From positions 6,849 through 70,848 of the forward strand of contig MU006113.1 in assembly GCA_010093705.1 (NCBI GenBank): a stretch of DNA of 64,000 nt, read 5' to 3'. The translations under genes were made by a program, and so were the position numbers. The notes under the pieces are model-generated. The model searched no databases. It had not been told where the DNA came from and saw only the letters and a program-made list of their open reading frames with translations. The DNA is from Patellaria atrata CBS 101060 (taxonomy: Eukaryota). Of this stretch, positions 22,631 through 33,379 are shown one piece after another; the first letter of the stretch is position 1; each line of letters starts with the position of its first letter.

Positions 22631-24430
22631 TTAACCCCCGCCATTCTTCCGACGTTGCATGATCCCAATCTGCTGCGAGATCAGCGCAACCTGCTGCTTC
22701 AGTAAACTCAACTCATCATCGACCTCCATAGCCTCAGCGCCGACGCCAACACCTCCCTCAGCAACGCCTCCCTGCGCGGCCTCGGAAGCGCGTCCGCCCA
22801 CCTCTACACTCCCTCCCACGCTATCCTGCGCACTTACCGGAACCCTCACAAAGCCCGTGCCAGAGCACGTCTCACAGCGTCTCTGCTCCCATAAATTAGG
22901 CTCCTGCTCCAGCGGACCGAGACCGAGCGTCAACTCCCCGGCACTACCCGCAGTGTCATTGTCGAAGGGGGCGCCAAAATCAACGAACGACCCGCCGTTC
23001 AGGCCAACGGTAAGCGCGGGATCGATGCGTGTGGTGGCGATCTTGGCGTTACGCTCGGCGCGGGTATGGCGCTCACGCTCACGGCGCCGTTCGAGGCGTT
23101 CATCTCGCGAGGGACCGGAAGGACCGATGATGCGGGCACCGGACTCGAAGGTGAAAGGTCTGGTGGGCGGGACGGGGAAGAGGGAGCCGTCGTCTTGGCC
23201 CATGTTGAGACGGGCGCGATGGCGGGGATCCAGGGTCGTGTTTGAGCCGATGGTGGTGGCCGGGGTGAGAGAGGGATCGTGGATGCTGGCGGATGCGGCT
23301 GTATTGGGATTGGTGTTAGACGGAGTTTGCAGACGGTTCGGGCGGGATCCAGTTTCGGGTTGTTGTTGTTGGTTCTGCTGTTGTTGTTGGGCTGGCTTCC
23401 GGGGTCGCCTCGCGGGAAGTTCGCCTCGGGCGACGAGGATGGAGCGTTTGGTTTTGCGGGCGAGGTGGTCTGGGATTTCTTCGCCGTATTTTTCGGCGAT
23501 GAAGGCCATGATTGCTTTGGTTTCTGTGGTTGTGCGCATGGTGAAGCCAGAACGGGCGAGGGCGTCTTTGACCCAGCGTTGAGTGAACTGTACGCCGCGT
23601 TTCGCGTACTTAGGCTTCGCGCTGTCGTCATTCTGCCACGTTTCGCGGTCACATGTGTGTGCCGCAAGCACGTTCGTGACATGGACTGTGTATGGGGCGT
23701 CCCGCGAGATTATGGCTCGGACACGCCACTCACAGCCGGACGCATGATGTCTACAATGCCAATGGGCTCTGGAGGAATCTTTCTTTTGCACGCGCGTTAG
23801 GAATTTTTCTCGTAACGCCCATGAATTAATGATATATCTGAGAGACTCAAAGTCTGGAAAGACATCGCCCTCTTTCGGAATGGGAACATCCAGGGTAGGG
23901 AGAGGGGCATTTGTGTTCTCATTCTTATGAGGATTGTTTGCGTCGCCATGTTCATTAGACGAATCGTCCGAGTCATCATCATCTTCCTCGTCGTTCTCGT
24001 CAGATCTGGCTTGTGGCGGGGGAACAGGAATGTTGATCGACGGTTGGCGATGTGGTTGAGGGGGAGCTTGAGGTTGTGAGGGGAGTTGATTCCGATGGTG
24101 CTGTTGTGGAGTGAGAGTGTTGTACGGATGTTGAACGTGTTGTTGATGTTGGGGATGCTGGGGATGTTGCGGACGCTGAGCGAAAGGGTGATGATTCTGC
24201 AGCTGAGGGTGAGCGTGCTGCTGCTGCTGCTGCTGCTGCTGTTGTTGTTGTTGCTGTTGTTGTTGTTGCTGTTGTTGTTGTTGTTGTTGTTGTTGCTGTT
24301 GCTGTTGTTGTTGTTGTTGTTGTTGTTGCTGTTGCTGCTGCTGCTGCTGATGTTGATGTTGATGTTGATGCTGTAAGTGGGATGGCCGACGTTGGCCGGG
24401 TAGTTGAAGAGATGATGTGCCTGCTGGCAT
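22631..24430 (-). CDS. PolyQ protein with Mutator/MuDR-type (WRKY-GCM1-like) zinc-finger DNA-binding domain; likely a transposase-derived transcription factor
   Basis: EGDVFPDFESLRYIINSWA...HCRHHASGCEWRVRA...AHTC matches the MuDR DNA-binding C-x-C...H-x-C pattern. No DDE domain follows. C-terminal CETCSGTG and a short coiled coil. Confidence 0.8.
   Translation of the reverse strand: MPAGTSSLQLPGQRRPSHLQHQHQHQHQQQQQQQQQQQQQQQQQQQQQQQQQQQQQQQQQQQQQQQQQQQQHAHPQLQNHHPFAQRPQHPQHPQHQQHVQHPYNTLTPQQHHRNQLPSQPQAPPQPHRQPSINIPVPPPQARSDENDEEDDDDSDDSSNEHGDANNPHKNENTNAPLPTLDVPIPKEGDVFPDFESLRYIINSWALREKFLTRVQKKDSSRAHWHCRHHASGCEWRVRAIISRDAPYTVHVTNVLAAHTCDRETWQNDDSAKPKYAKRGVQFTQRWVKDALARSGFTMRTTTETKAIMAFIAEKYGEEIPDHLARKTKRSILVARGELPARRPRKPAQQQQQNQQQQPETGSRPNRLQTPSNTNPNTAASASIHDPSLTPATTIGSNTTLDPRHRARLNMGQDDGSLFPVPPTRPFTFESGARIIGPSGPSRDERLERRRERERHTRAERNAKIATTRIDPALTVGLNGGSFVDFGAPFDNDTAGSAGELTLGLGPLEQEPNLWEQRRCETCSGTGFVRVPVSAQDSVGGSVEVGGRASEAAQGGVAEGGVGVGAEAMEVDDELSLLKQQVALISQQIGIMQRRKNGGG
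24218..24349 (-). repeat. Coding CAG/CAA trinucleotide tract (44 Gln) preceded by a QH repeat
   Basis: 132 nt of CTG/TTG triplets on the + strand, followed by (ATGTTG)n. Confidence 0.95.
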
Positions 24431-24893
24431 TTTGGACTATAGGATGGCTTGTTTTTTCTAGGTCCTTGCGGGTATTGAGATTTGAGGAGCAGAAGCTGAT
24501 GTTGACTGCCACGGAAAATCCCTGATTGCCAAGCTGTCGGCGAGTCAGGTAAGGCAAATCCCGTCAGGTCATTTTCCAGAGCACAACCTTAAAGTAGTAA
24601 TAAGAGACTTTACAGTACGGATATCATTTCTCACATAAACTCTTTTCAATCTCATCGGATCATCTTCTGTCTTTTTCAAAATGCGTGGAGAATTGAAAGA
24701 GAAGTCCGTCGGGTTTCTCGCTCACTTTGACTGGGCTGAAACACCAACATTAAAGCTCGCCTCCACGCCGGTAACGCATTCATTAGGTTGACGGGGCGGA
24801 CATTGGCAATCCAGTCCAGCCTAAAAGTAGCAGGTCTGGTGAGTTATTAATGACTGTTATATACTTAATCACTTAAGGCACTCCGTACATTAT

Positions 24894-27089
24894 TTACTTC
24901 GCCCTATTCATAGGGCCCCAATTTGCTCTTGGATTCATTTGATATCGCGTGAGCTTCTTCACCTCCCTATCCTTCCCCATATCCTCATCGAACACTACAT
25001 TTATCTTCTTCAACCTATTACCTTTCTCACTAAAAGTATTGTCTGAACCTTTATTCGACTGCTCCTCATCCTTCATAGACACATCGGCCTTGACGTCTTC
25101 TTCCTCCATCTTGTCTATTATTCTCCGACCGGCAGCTCCATGCTTAATTGCCCCTTCGTTAATCGGTGATTTTTGCCGAACCCATTCACGCATAATATGC
25201 CATAAGACACTCCAACTTGCGTCTGTCTTTATGGTTCCACGTTTTGCATGACTCCTTACTGCACGGAAACCTGCATGGCGGAGTGCGCCTTTCATCTGTG
25301 GCAGAGAGGGAGACTCGCAATGAATGATTTTTGCCAGATTACTAGGAATGAAGTAGAATGGATGGCGGTCTAACGCAGTCACTTTGTTAGGAACTATGGC
25401 GGGTGTAGCATTAGTTGCTTTGTCTTCCGATGTTTTGGTATCAGAGATTCCATCGGCCTGAGTGGGTGATAGCTCGTTTGACCGGAAGATGTGGAGCTCT
25501 TCAAGGGCGGTACTAAGCATGCCCTCTACTCTTTCTGTAGTTTTATATACACTTTTGTCAAGGCTCGGAAGGTAGCTTAGAATTCGTTCTATGAAAGAAG
25601 GATTATGGAGTGGGCCTCCCCACATTGGTCCACCAAGATGCGTTTTGAATCCACAGTGCTCGCATTCACTTGGCGCTGAAGGTGCTTGAGCTAGACTGTG
25701 CTTGTAAAACTTTTGCCCATCTTTACCGTCCCTCTCGACGTTTCTTGCAAGATACTGTGTCTGCCATGCGCCACATCCAGCATCACAACTGTACACGATC
25801 ATAGTTTTGCCGGCCAGAAATTTGACATCCGCAGGAGATTTTCTTACACGTATGAAGATTCTTATGTAAAAGTCAATGCTCAGGGATAATAAGGGTTCAA
25901 TAGCGAGACCATGACGGGCTGCAGCTGTGGCAACGGCGTGGATTATAAGCCGTAGTCCTGCTTCATGGGAGTAGAATCCCTTGATAGGGAGACCACCATA
26001 CTGAGAATAACACTTCTCCGCGTATCCTGTTGATGCGAATACACCTGAGTCCGTACATGTCACACACAGAAGTCCATCGTCAGTCAATGCTTGAACTGCT
26101 GCATCTAGAAAAGGTACTGCGGTCCCGTAGGGGTCGAGATCAATGATGTCGTATTTCGGACCAGGTCCTCCTATTGCTTCCTGGTCTATGAATTGATACA
26201 TGTGACTGATGGCATTACCGGCGGTTGCTGTGATCTTGTCCTCAAGTCGGTTGTGCTTTATATTGAGCGCTATAGATGCTGTAGCTTTAGGTGAAAGATC
26301 ATTCGCCGTTAGCTGCGTTCGAAACGGTAATTCCTGTGCATAACGTAAGGCACGAAGACCAGTAGCGGACAAAGCGTCCAGTATCTTAACTTTAGGCCCA
26401 GTAGTAGGGTGACTGCCGTTTGAGATGTTTGAGGTATTGTTCTCTGTCTCTTTCGGATTTACACTGACATCCTTCGTGGTGATGGACTTTTCTAGAGCTA
26501 GGAGATCTTCATCGCTTATGTCTTCATGCTCTTCGGCCTTTGAATCCTTAGCATCATCTTCAACACACTGCAATACTATCTCGCGGTTCGCTTCTGAAAT
26601 ATCAATGATGGTGGAGGAGTCGGTAGGAGGAATAGAGGGTTCGCCTTCCTTTAGTCTCTTTGAATCTGTTGCCCCTGCTTCAGCATTAGTTTCCCCTACT
26701 CCTAACAACTCCTGTAATTTCCTTTTACGGTTCCTATTCTCTCTTCTCGCCTTAGCTTTGCCCTCTCTCGATGTCCTCTGCCTCACCAGATTCTCCCCAA
26801 ACGCCCTGATCGCAAGGACGCTTAGATCACGATTGAACTGTTGTATTGGATTATAAAAAACAGACTGCTGCGATGCAGCGTCCACTTTAGCTTTAGGATC
26901 GAGTGATATTGCAGCACCTTTAGGGACTAAAATATATGCAAAACCTTCCCTGATCGTGGTATACTGCTGGCCATCATGATATATTTCTTGCCCTTCCCCC
27001 GGGTGAGCATCGACTGTGAGAGGTTGAGGCGGTTCTGGGGCTAGCGTCTGGGGCGGTTCTGACGTGGCAGGTGTTGATTCTACTGCCAT
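24894..27089 (-). CDS. TRM1: tRNA (guanine26-N2,N2)-dimethyltransferase Trm1; possible non-AUG N-terminal extension from 27260
   Basis: VFYNPIQQFNRDLSVLAI, ILDALSATGLRALRY, IDLDPYG, GLLCVTCTD, HEAGLR, GPMWGGPLH, C-terminal RYQMNPRANWGP. Confidence 0.95.
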   Translation of the reverse strand: MAVESTPATSEPPQTLAPEPPQPLTVDAHPGEGQEIYHDGQQYTTIREGFAYILVPKGAAISLDPKAKVDAASQQSVFYNPIQQFNRDLSVLAIRAFGENLVRQRTSREGKAKARRENRNRKRKLQELLGVGETNAEAGATDSKRLKEGEPSIPPTDSSTIIDISEANREIVLQCVEDDAKDSKAEEHEDISDEDLLALEKSITTKDVSVNPKETENNTSNISNGSHPTTGPKVKILDALSATGLRALRYAQELPFRTQLTANDLSPKATASIALNIKHNRLEDKITATAGNAISHMYQFIDQEAIGGPGPKYDIIDLDPYGTAVPFLDAAVQALTDDGLLCVTCTDSGVFASTGYAEKCYSQYGGLPIKGFYSHEAGLRLIIHAVATAAARHGLAIEPLLSLSIDFYIRIFIRVRKSPADVKFLAGKTMIVYSCDAGCGAWQTQYLARNVERDGKDGQKFYKHSLAQAPSAPSECEHCGFKTHLGGPMWGGPLHNPSFIERILSYLPSLDKSVYKTTERVEGMLSTALEELHIFRSNELSPTQADGISDTKTSEDKATNATPAIVPNKVTALDRHPFYFIPSNLAKIIHCESPSLPQMKGALRHAGFRAVRSHAKRGTIKTDASWSVLWHIMREWVRQKSPINEGAIKHGAAGRRIIDKMEEEDVKADVSMKDEEQSNKGSDNTFSEKGNRLKKINVVFDEDMGKDREVKKLTRYQMNPRANWGPMNRAK

Positions 27090-27598
27090 TGTGGAATATA
27101 GTTTGACTGGGAATAAGTCGTATCTAATGATACCGTATGTCCATCCAATGGTCAATTTGTTTCGGGAGATAGAGGATATGCATGAAAAGTGGGTAAGGAA
27201 GGGAATTAGCGCCAGTCTATTGTATGGTATATGTAACGGGAACAAAACAGAATTTCTCAAGGTGAAGGAAGCGAAATATGAAGCAAATAATAGTCTAACT
27301 GATCCATCCGCGTGCCATAAAGATTTATCACAGTGTCACGCTAGGGTGAGCTTAAGCTTCGCGTAAAGAAGCTTAAGGGGAAATTATGGCAGGTTTAGCC
27401 GTCGATACTTGATATAGAACGTGATTGTCTTTTGAACTTCTCATATTTCTTATCAACATTGACTTCTCAAAGAGTTCAAGTACGGTTCTGAATATTGCCA
27501 TCCATGTGTACGATTACTAGTAAGGGGTATCGCAAAGACGATTCGTCAAGCCACCCAGTATGTTTTATCAAAATAACCTCCGGAAACAGCCAATTTCA

Positions 27599-29087
27599 TC
27601 ATTTTTCCGGCTTCCGCCCATACACAAAATATATCGGCCAGTGTGCATGGATACGTCTATTTTTCATATCCTTTCTAACGTCCACAAGGAAAAGTTCCAC
27701 CTCCTCGCTAGACATCCCGAGAACCCGCGTCATTAACGCCATGGAATAGCCCTGTAGGCCATCTAGAGTATTCACTAAATTCCATCTTCCGAGTTCCTTT
27801 AGCCTTGGATCAGCCGGCCATGAATTTTGTGGCCAGACGAAGCGGATTTCCGTCACATCGATAAAGCCGACATCCTCCATCATTTTCTTGTATTGGTGAG
27901 CGACTAAAGGGTGCCCTATGCTCCCAGTTGCATTAACGATCATATCGGACCATTTCCAGAGGGCCGTAGACTCATTCAGTGTTCCATCAGTACAGTGTAG
28001 GGGCATATGAGTATCCTGCATTTCGATCCAGCCACCAGGGGTCAGGTTGCTGGTGCAGAATGAGTGTAAGTTGTAGGTTTTAGCGTCAGACGTACGTACT
28101 CAAAACATTGCTTGAAAAAGTTTTCCCAGTTCTTAAAACTAGCTGTCATCATTCTCGCATGGATGTAGTCGAACTTTTGACTCCATGTCCAGGGCTCTTC
28201 CACGTCGTCTATTTCGAATTGAAGATTCTCAGGTACACTACAAATACTTAGGACATACACATATAGCTGATTATGGATTTTTACATACAAAACGGGCTGA
28301 ATTGGACTTAAGTCTACTCCTATCACCTGTAAAGCGGTTAGATGATATTGACCAGTAAAAATTCAACCGTCAGAGCACTCACCCTACATTCTGGCCTCTC
28401 CTGCGCTTCAAGTTATGAGATTAAGCATAGATAGATTTGGAACCGACAAGGACTCACCGAAATCTATTGCCCAGATACCAGTCCCTGTCCCTACATCTAA
28501 AGCATTGTGGATGTTTGGACCTATCGGTGCAAGAAACAACTTATACTCTGTGGTCATAAGGAACATCTGATGCTGGAGATCTGGACGCCCGTGTCAAAAA
28601 AGTGGGAGATCTTGATAAAAAGGAATAGAATGCATACCAAGGCGATCACTTTCCGCCTTTGAACACTGTCAGCATAATGATTTCTTTTCAGGGGCTAGAG
28701 CCGAAGAACCTCGTCACTGGGTAAAACATATTCTACAATACCATGAGAAGAAAGACTAGCAAAGATATTTCAAGCTGAACATACTGCCTTCTTTGTATTT
28801 ATGATACCGTCTACCATTCTCTGTTACCCCGTCATACAAGCTCGATCTTAGGGATGCAGTCGATTCCGCTCTAGGTGATCGAGATTAGACTCTACAACGA
28901 ATCGCCGCAGGGTTTTGGTGGGCCTGATACATATGATAGACTTACATTTCCTCTCCTAGCGCCGAATCACCGCTCACTGAGCTGTCGTCCGGAGTCTGGC
29001 TGGATGTTAGTGGGGTACATTCGCCACAAGTCATGACTATCCACTTACGACGTCAGAAACATCTCCTAGAGCCGTCGGATCCTGCAT
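27599..29087 (-). CDS. LaeA-like SAM-dependent methyltransferase, about 10 exons
   Basis: Spliced exons give ENGRRYHKYKEG-YVLPSDE-AESDRL-DLQH...ALDVGTGTGIWAIDF...VIGVDLSPIQP-VPENLQFEIDD...FDYIHAR...LTPGGWIE...YGRKP. ATG at 29087. Confidence 0.92.
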
Positions 29088-29663
29088 AATTATAACAATC
29101 GGTTCGTTGAATGAGTTAAAATGCTCTATCTCTACATTTATAAGACAAGAAACGTCCTTGGGGAAGACGTTGGAAAATACCCAAGCCGCTAGAACTAGGG
29201 CTATACAAATGGCACTATATAAAGAATCCAATGATATCTCGCCTGAATGAGGTCGGTTAATATTCCACGAGGGGTATCCACCTAGATTTCCTCTGGAAGT
29301 CCAGGCCCGTGGAATGGGAATTTCAAGATTGTGACTTGGATCAATTCCACGTTCGTGAAGAGATATCTTAATTCATACATGGAGACAGACCCCATTTATT
29401 CTACCATGATAGGACTATTTCTCTCAAGCTTGATGATAGGCGCTATACAAGCTACAAATTAATGAGTTAAATGATAGTTCAAACAATGACTAAACGATAG
29501 GAAAATAAAGCGTATATAGGTAACTTGAAATGGCATAGAAGCGGACTTAGATGGATAGCGGCACGGACGTGTTAAACTTAAGGTGTCGCGTCCCCACCCA
29601 GCAACCAGAATGACAGATTTGACTGCAGTGTTACTTGAGTACAAGCATTTCTAGGACTGGAAT

Positions 29664-32024
29664 AGTAAGTTCCACCGCGTACCACAACACACAAATTCTA
29701 ATAGAAGCGCAACTGACAAGTACACAATTGTAGTGGCTATCTCAGTAGCTGCAATTGCTAGTATCCTTATCGTAATACTCTTCATCGCAAACCGCATTCG
29801 CGCGCAGCGTCGTTTGTCCCATATACCAGGTCCATGGCTCGCCGGCTGGACCCGGTTCTGGATGGTCAGGGCGAATATCTCTGGTCGATATCACGAGATA
29901 TTGTACGATACCAACGTCAAATATGGCTCTCTAGCGCGCATTGGGCCAAACCATCTTCTTACCAGCGATCCCGCGGTCATTCGTCGCATGAATGCGCCGC
30001 GGAGCCCCTATCGCAGAGCGCCCTGGTATAGTGTCTTTCGCTTCAAACCGCGCGCAGACAATATCATTACATATCTCGATGAAGACAAACATGAGGATCT
30101 CAGACGAAAAATGGCGCCAGGTTACAGCGGGAAGGAGGTGCCTAATGTTGAAGAAACCATCGACAAGTGGGTCTTGGAATGGGTGAAGCTCATTGAGCGA
30201 AAATATATATCGAGTCCTAGCGACACAAAACTTATGGATCTGGCTCGACAAGCGCAATATTTTACTTTGGACGTCATATCAGACTTAGCGTTCGGTGATC
30301 CGTTTGGTGATATTGTCGACGATACAGACAAATTCGACTATATCAAGACGACGGAAGAGGCTGCTGGGCCGATAGGTGTGTTAGCTATCTTTCCTCGAGT
30401 ACACAAATGGATAGAGCAAAGCCGAGTTATAGATCTTCTCGCTCCAAGCGCGAAAGATAAGACCGGACTTGGCCCTATTTTGAATATTACTCGAATGCGA
30501 GTTGAAGAACAATTCGCACAAACGGCTGAAAAGCAGCAACCGACCATGATGGGATCGTTTATCAGGCATGGATTAACCAAAGAAGAGGCCGAGTCTGAGA
30601 GTGTGCTACAAGTGTAAGGTTTTTTTTTCCCTTATACCACGGTATTTCACTAATGATACGTTCGAACAGTATGGCGGGCTCTGACACCTCCGCCACGGTC
30701 ATAAGAGTCGTGCTTCTACATGTTCTAACCTCTCCCGAAATTCTCAGCAAATTACGCGCCGAAATCGACGAAGGTATCTGCGAAGGTCGAATCTCCTCTC
30801 CGATCCGGGACTCAGAAGCCCGACAGCTTCCTTACTTGCAAGCTTGTATTAAGGAAGCTCTGCGGCTCTGGCCGCCCGTCGTTGGCATGCTGCAGAAGAT
30901 TGTAGCACCTGAAGGAGATACGATCGACGGTGTTTTTGTCCCGGGTGGAACTCTCATTGCGTAAGTCACAAATTCTAGTATTACCTTACTGTCATCATGA
31001 TTATCGTTATACCATCATCTACACTTTCTTTCTCTAAAATATTTCCTCTCCCTCAGTCATGATTCGCCCTCTTGTTTTCTATGCGCGTTCAGTACACTTC
31101 CAGGAGTATTGCCGACTCCGGCCCATTGCAAGATCTGTGCGAGCTGTACAAGCAAGTCGGAGTCTCCACATCTTGCAGTGTACAGTCCTCCAGGAGTCTC
31201 GCATACAAGAAGAGGACACAGCTCGATACCTAGAGACTTTCCCGTTCTTTATAATTTCCTCCTCTCTCAGATTCGCTGTTGTTCACTTGCTGTACGTACA
31301 CTGCACGTACACTGCCGTACTCTAGATTTTGGCTCATTGCGGAGTTTGTACAAGTTGTACAGCTGAGCCAGAAGTCTTCTGGTCGACTGTATACAGCAAG
31401 TGAGCAGCACCCATGCCAAAGAGGAGATACTTCCACTCCCTATCAAATCTTCCCTGTCGCTGCCTATTTTCCCTCCCTTTTTGATTTCGTATTCCTAGCT
31501 TATTATACGCGCACCGTACGTCTGCTGTACTATCAACACAACTCGGGACTTCCCCGAGCTGTACAGCCAAACCGAAACTCTCGTCCACAGTATCGTACAA
31601 CAAACTAGGAATAGACGCCACCTCTCTCGTCCCCACAATCCCCCTTCTGACCCTTCTACAGCTCCTCCGCTAATCTCCCCCTCACAGACAAAACACCTGG
31701 TCCCTCGGCCGCCAACCCCTCCTCCACGGCCCCGATTTCGCCCTCTTCAAACCCGAGCGCTGGCTCCCCACCTCCTCTTCTTCCCCCGCCAACCTCGCCC
31801 AAATGGAGCGCGATGCCGAGTTGACCTTTGGCTACGGACGGTTCAAGTGTTTGGGCCAACCGGTCGCGCTGATGGAGCTGAATAAGGTGTTTGTGGAGTT
31901 GCTGAGGAGGTTTGAGATCAGTGTTGCGAGGCCGGAGAAGCCGTGGAGGTGTGAGAGCAGGGGCATTTTCTTGATGAAGGAGTTTTGGGTTAGGGTCCAG
32001 CGGAGGGAAGGGGTTGAGGGATAG
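29664..32024 (+). CDS. Cytochrome P450 (pisatin-demethylase-like); exons 29664, 29734-30613, 30670-30960, 31688-32024
   Basis: N-terminal TM helix, IPGP, ARIGPN, I-helix AGSDT, ExxR (KEALR), PERW, heme motif FGYGRFKCLG. The ATG is formed across intron 29665-29733. Confidence 0.93.
31041..31640 (+). repeat. Three tandem ~212-nt hairpin modules inside the 727-nt last P450 intron (30961-31687); candidate intronic ncRNA array
   Basis: A shared leader ATTT(T)CC..pyrimidines..GATT(T)CG occurs at 31041, 31254 and 31466. Each is followed by a long stem-loop (31068-31215, 31278-31408, 31490-31613). Confidence 0.75.
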
Positions 32025-33379
32025 AGGAAGAGGTGGGTTAGGGGCTGGAGAGGTGTGTTGGAGATCAATTTGTGTGCGGTATGTTTGATATTTCTGATTA
32101 CAAGTATTATTGATATCTTGTACTTACTGTAAGCAATGTACATGTCATATCTGAGGAAACAGGTCTGGTGAGTTTACGGTGTTATGATTAGGTCTGCTAC
32201 ATGGGTAAGGAATCATTAGGACTCGAGATAAGTGACTCAAGACAGCTTTCATGATGACCCACAGTCTGCGTACGCACTTACTTGACACGCATACAATATT
32301 TAAGTTGGATCGGTGGAGCGTGTTATGAGTTTGACTGTACTGGAAGATGGTAGATATGACTCCTGGGTTTTCAAATCCGCGTAGCACAGTTGGAGATTTC
32401 GTCAGTCACAGTTTCTTAGTCACATTTCGTATTTCCTACTCAATCACGGCGGATTACTTTTATTCTATTCAACATCCTTCTTAAATGATCTCTCGACCTT
32501 CTCTTAGCCCCCATCATTCTCCGTCATTGTTTGACTTTCCGTGTCACTTTCGTTTCTGCTCTTGGGAAGCCTACGCTAGTCTCAGGGGACATGAGAAAAT
32601 CTCAAACACGGCGGCTATGAAGTATTATAACAACTGAGCTATTGGACACACGTGTAAGAGCGTACGGCTCTATGTCTCTACCCAGTCGTGGCTATCCCGG
32701 TAAGGGGATGTCGTACTCCCCGCTAGCTAAACAAAGAATCTTAGCGCCCGTTCCGGTGACTAGGTTTCCGGCTTGAACCGATTGACCGGGAACGCAACTG
32801 TCATGATTGACTGGGTCGGAGTGTGTGTAGAGTCGGAGGTGACGTGCTGTTGTAACTGGAGAGGATGAGTCAGGTCGATAGGTGGATCAGCAATGTCTCT
32901 GCGGAAAGCCTGTCATAGGCGCTTAAGATCGTTTTGGCTTTTGAATTTAACTCCTGAAACTAGAATCGCATGTGTAGGAAAGTCTCATTTGGTATAGGCT
33001 GCCGCTGAGTGACGGTCCATAGCGGCTCATCAAGCCTGATCATATTCTTTACTCCAATTGTTAGAGTCATAGGGGTGTAAATCTCCCATGACAAGGGTAT
33101 GATTTGTCCATCGCAGGTCCGCAAGAAAGGTGTATTTGTGGATAGCCGTTGTTCTCTTTACTCCTGTTATCTGCTACTATCCATCCACGATTCACCAAAG
33201 TTTATCTACTTTCGACAACCCGACTATCATCATCCCACTCAGCATATCTGTTGTTAGATATCAGCATCTATTCCCGATATTAGACTCCACCAACCTTGCC
33301 AGCTATTCTACTCGACCCAAAAAACGGTGTCTTTATCAAGAAGGCAGAGCGACATAACCCGAATCCTACCAACTGAGGC

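Noticed and set aside
31114..31180. Possible H-type pseudoknot (GACTCCGG/TCGGAGTC crossing CATTGCAAGAT/ATCTTGCAGTG) suggesting telomerase RNA
   Set aside because: No template nearby and not repeated in units 2 and 3; better treated as an alternative fold of hairpin unit 1.
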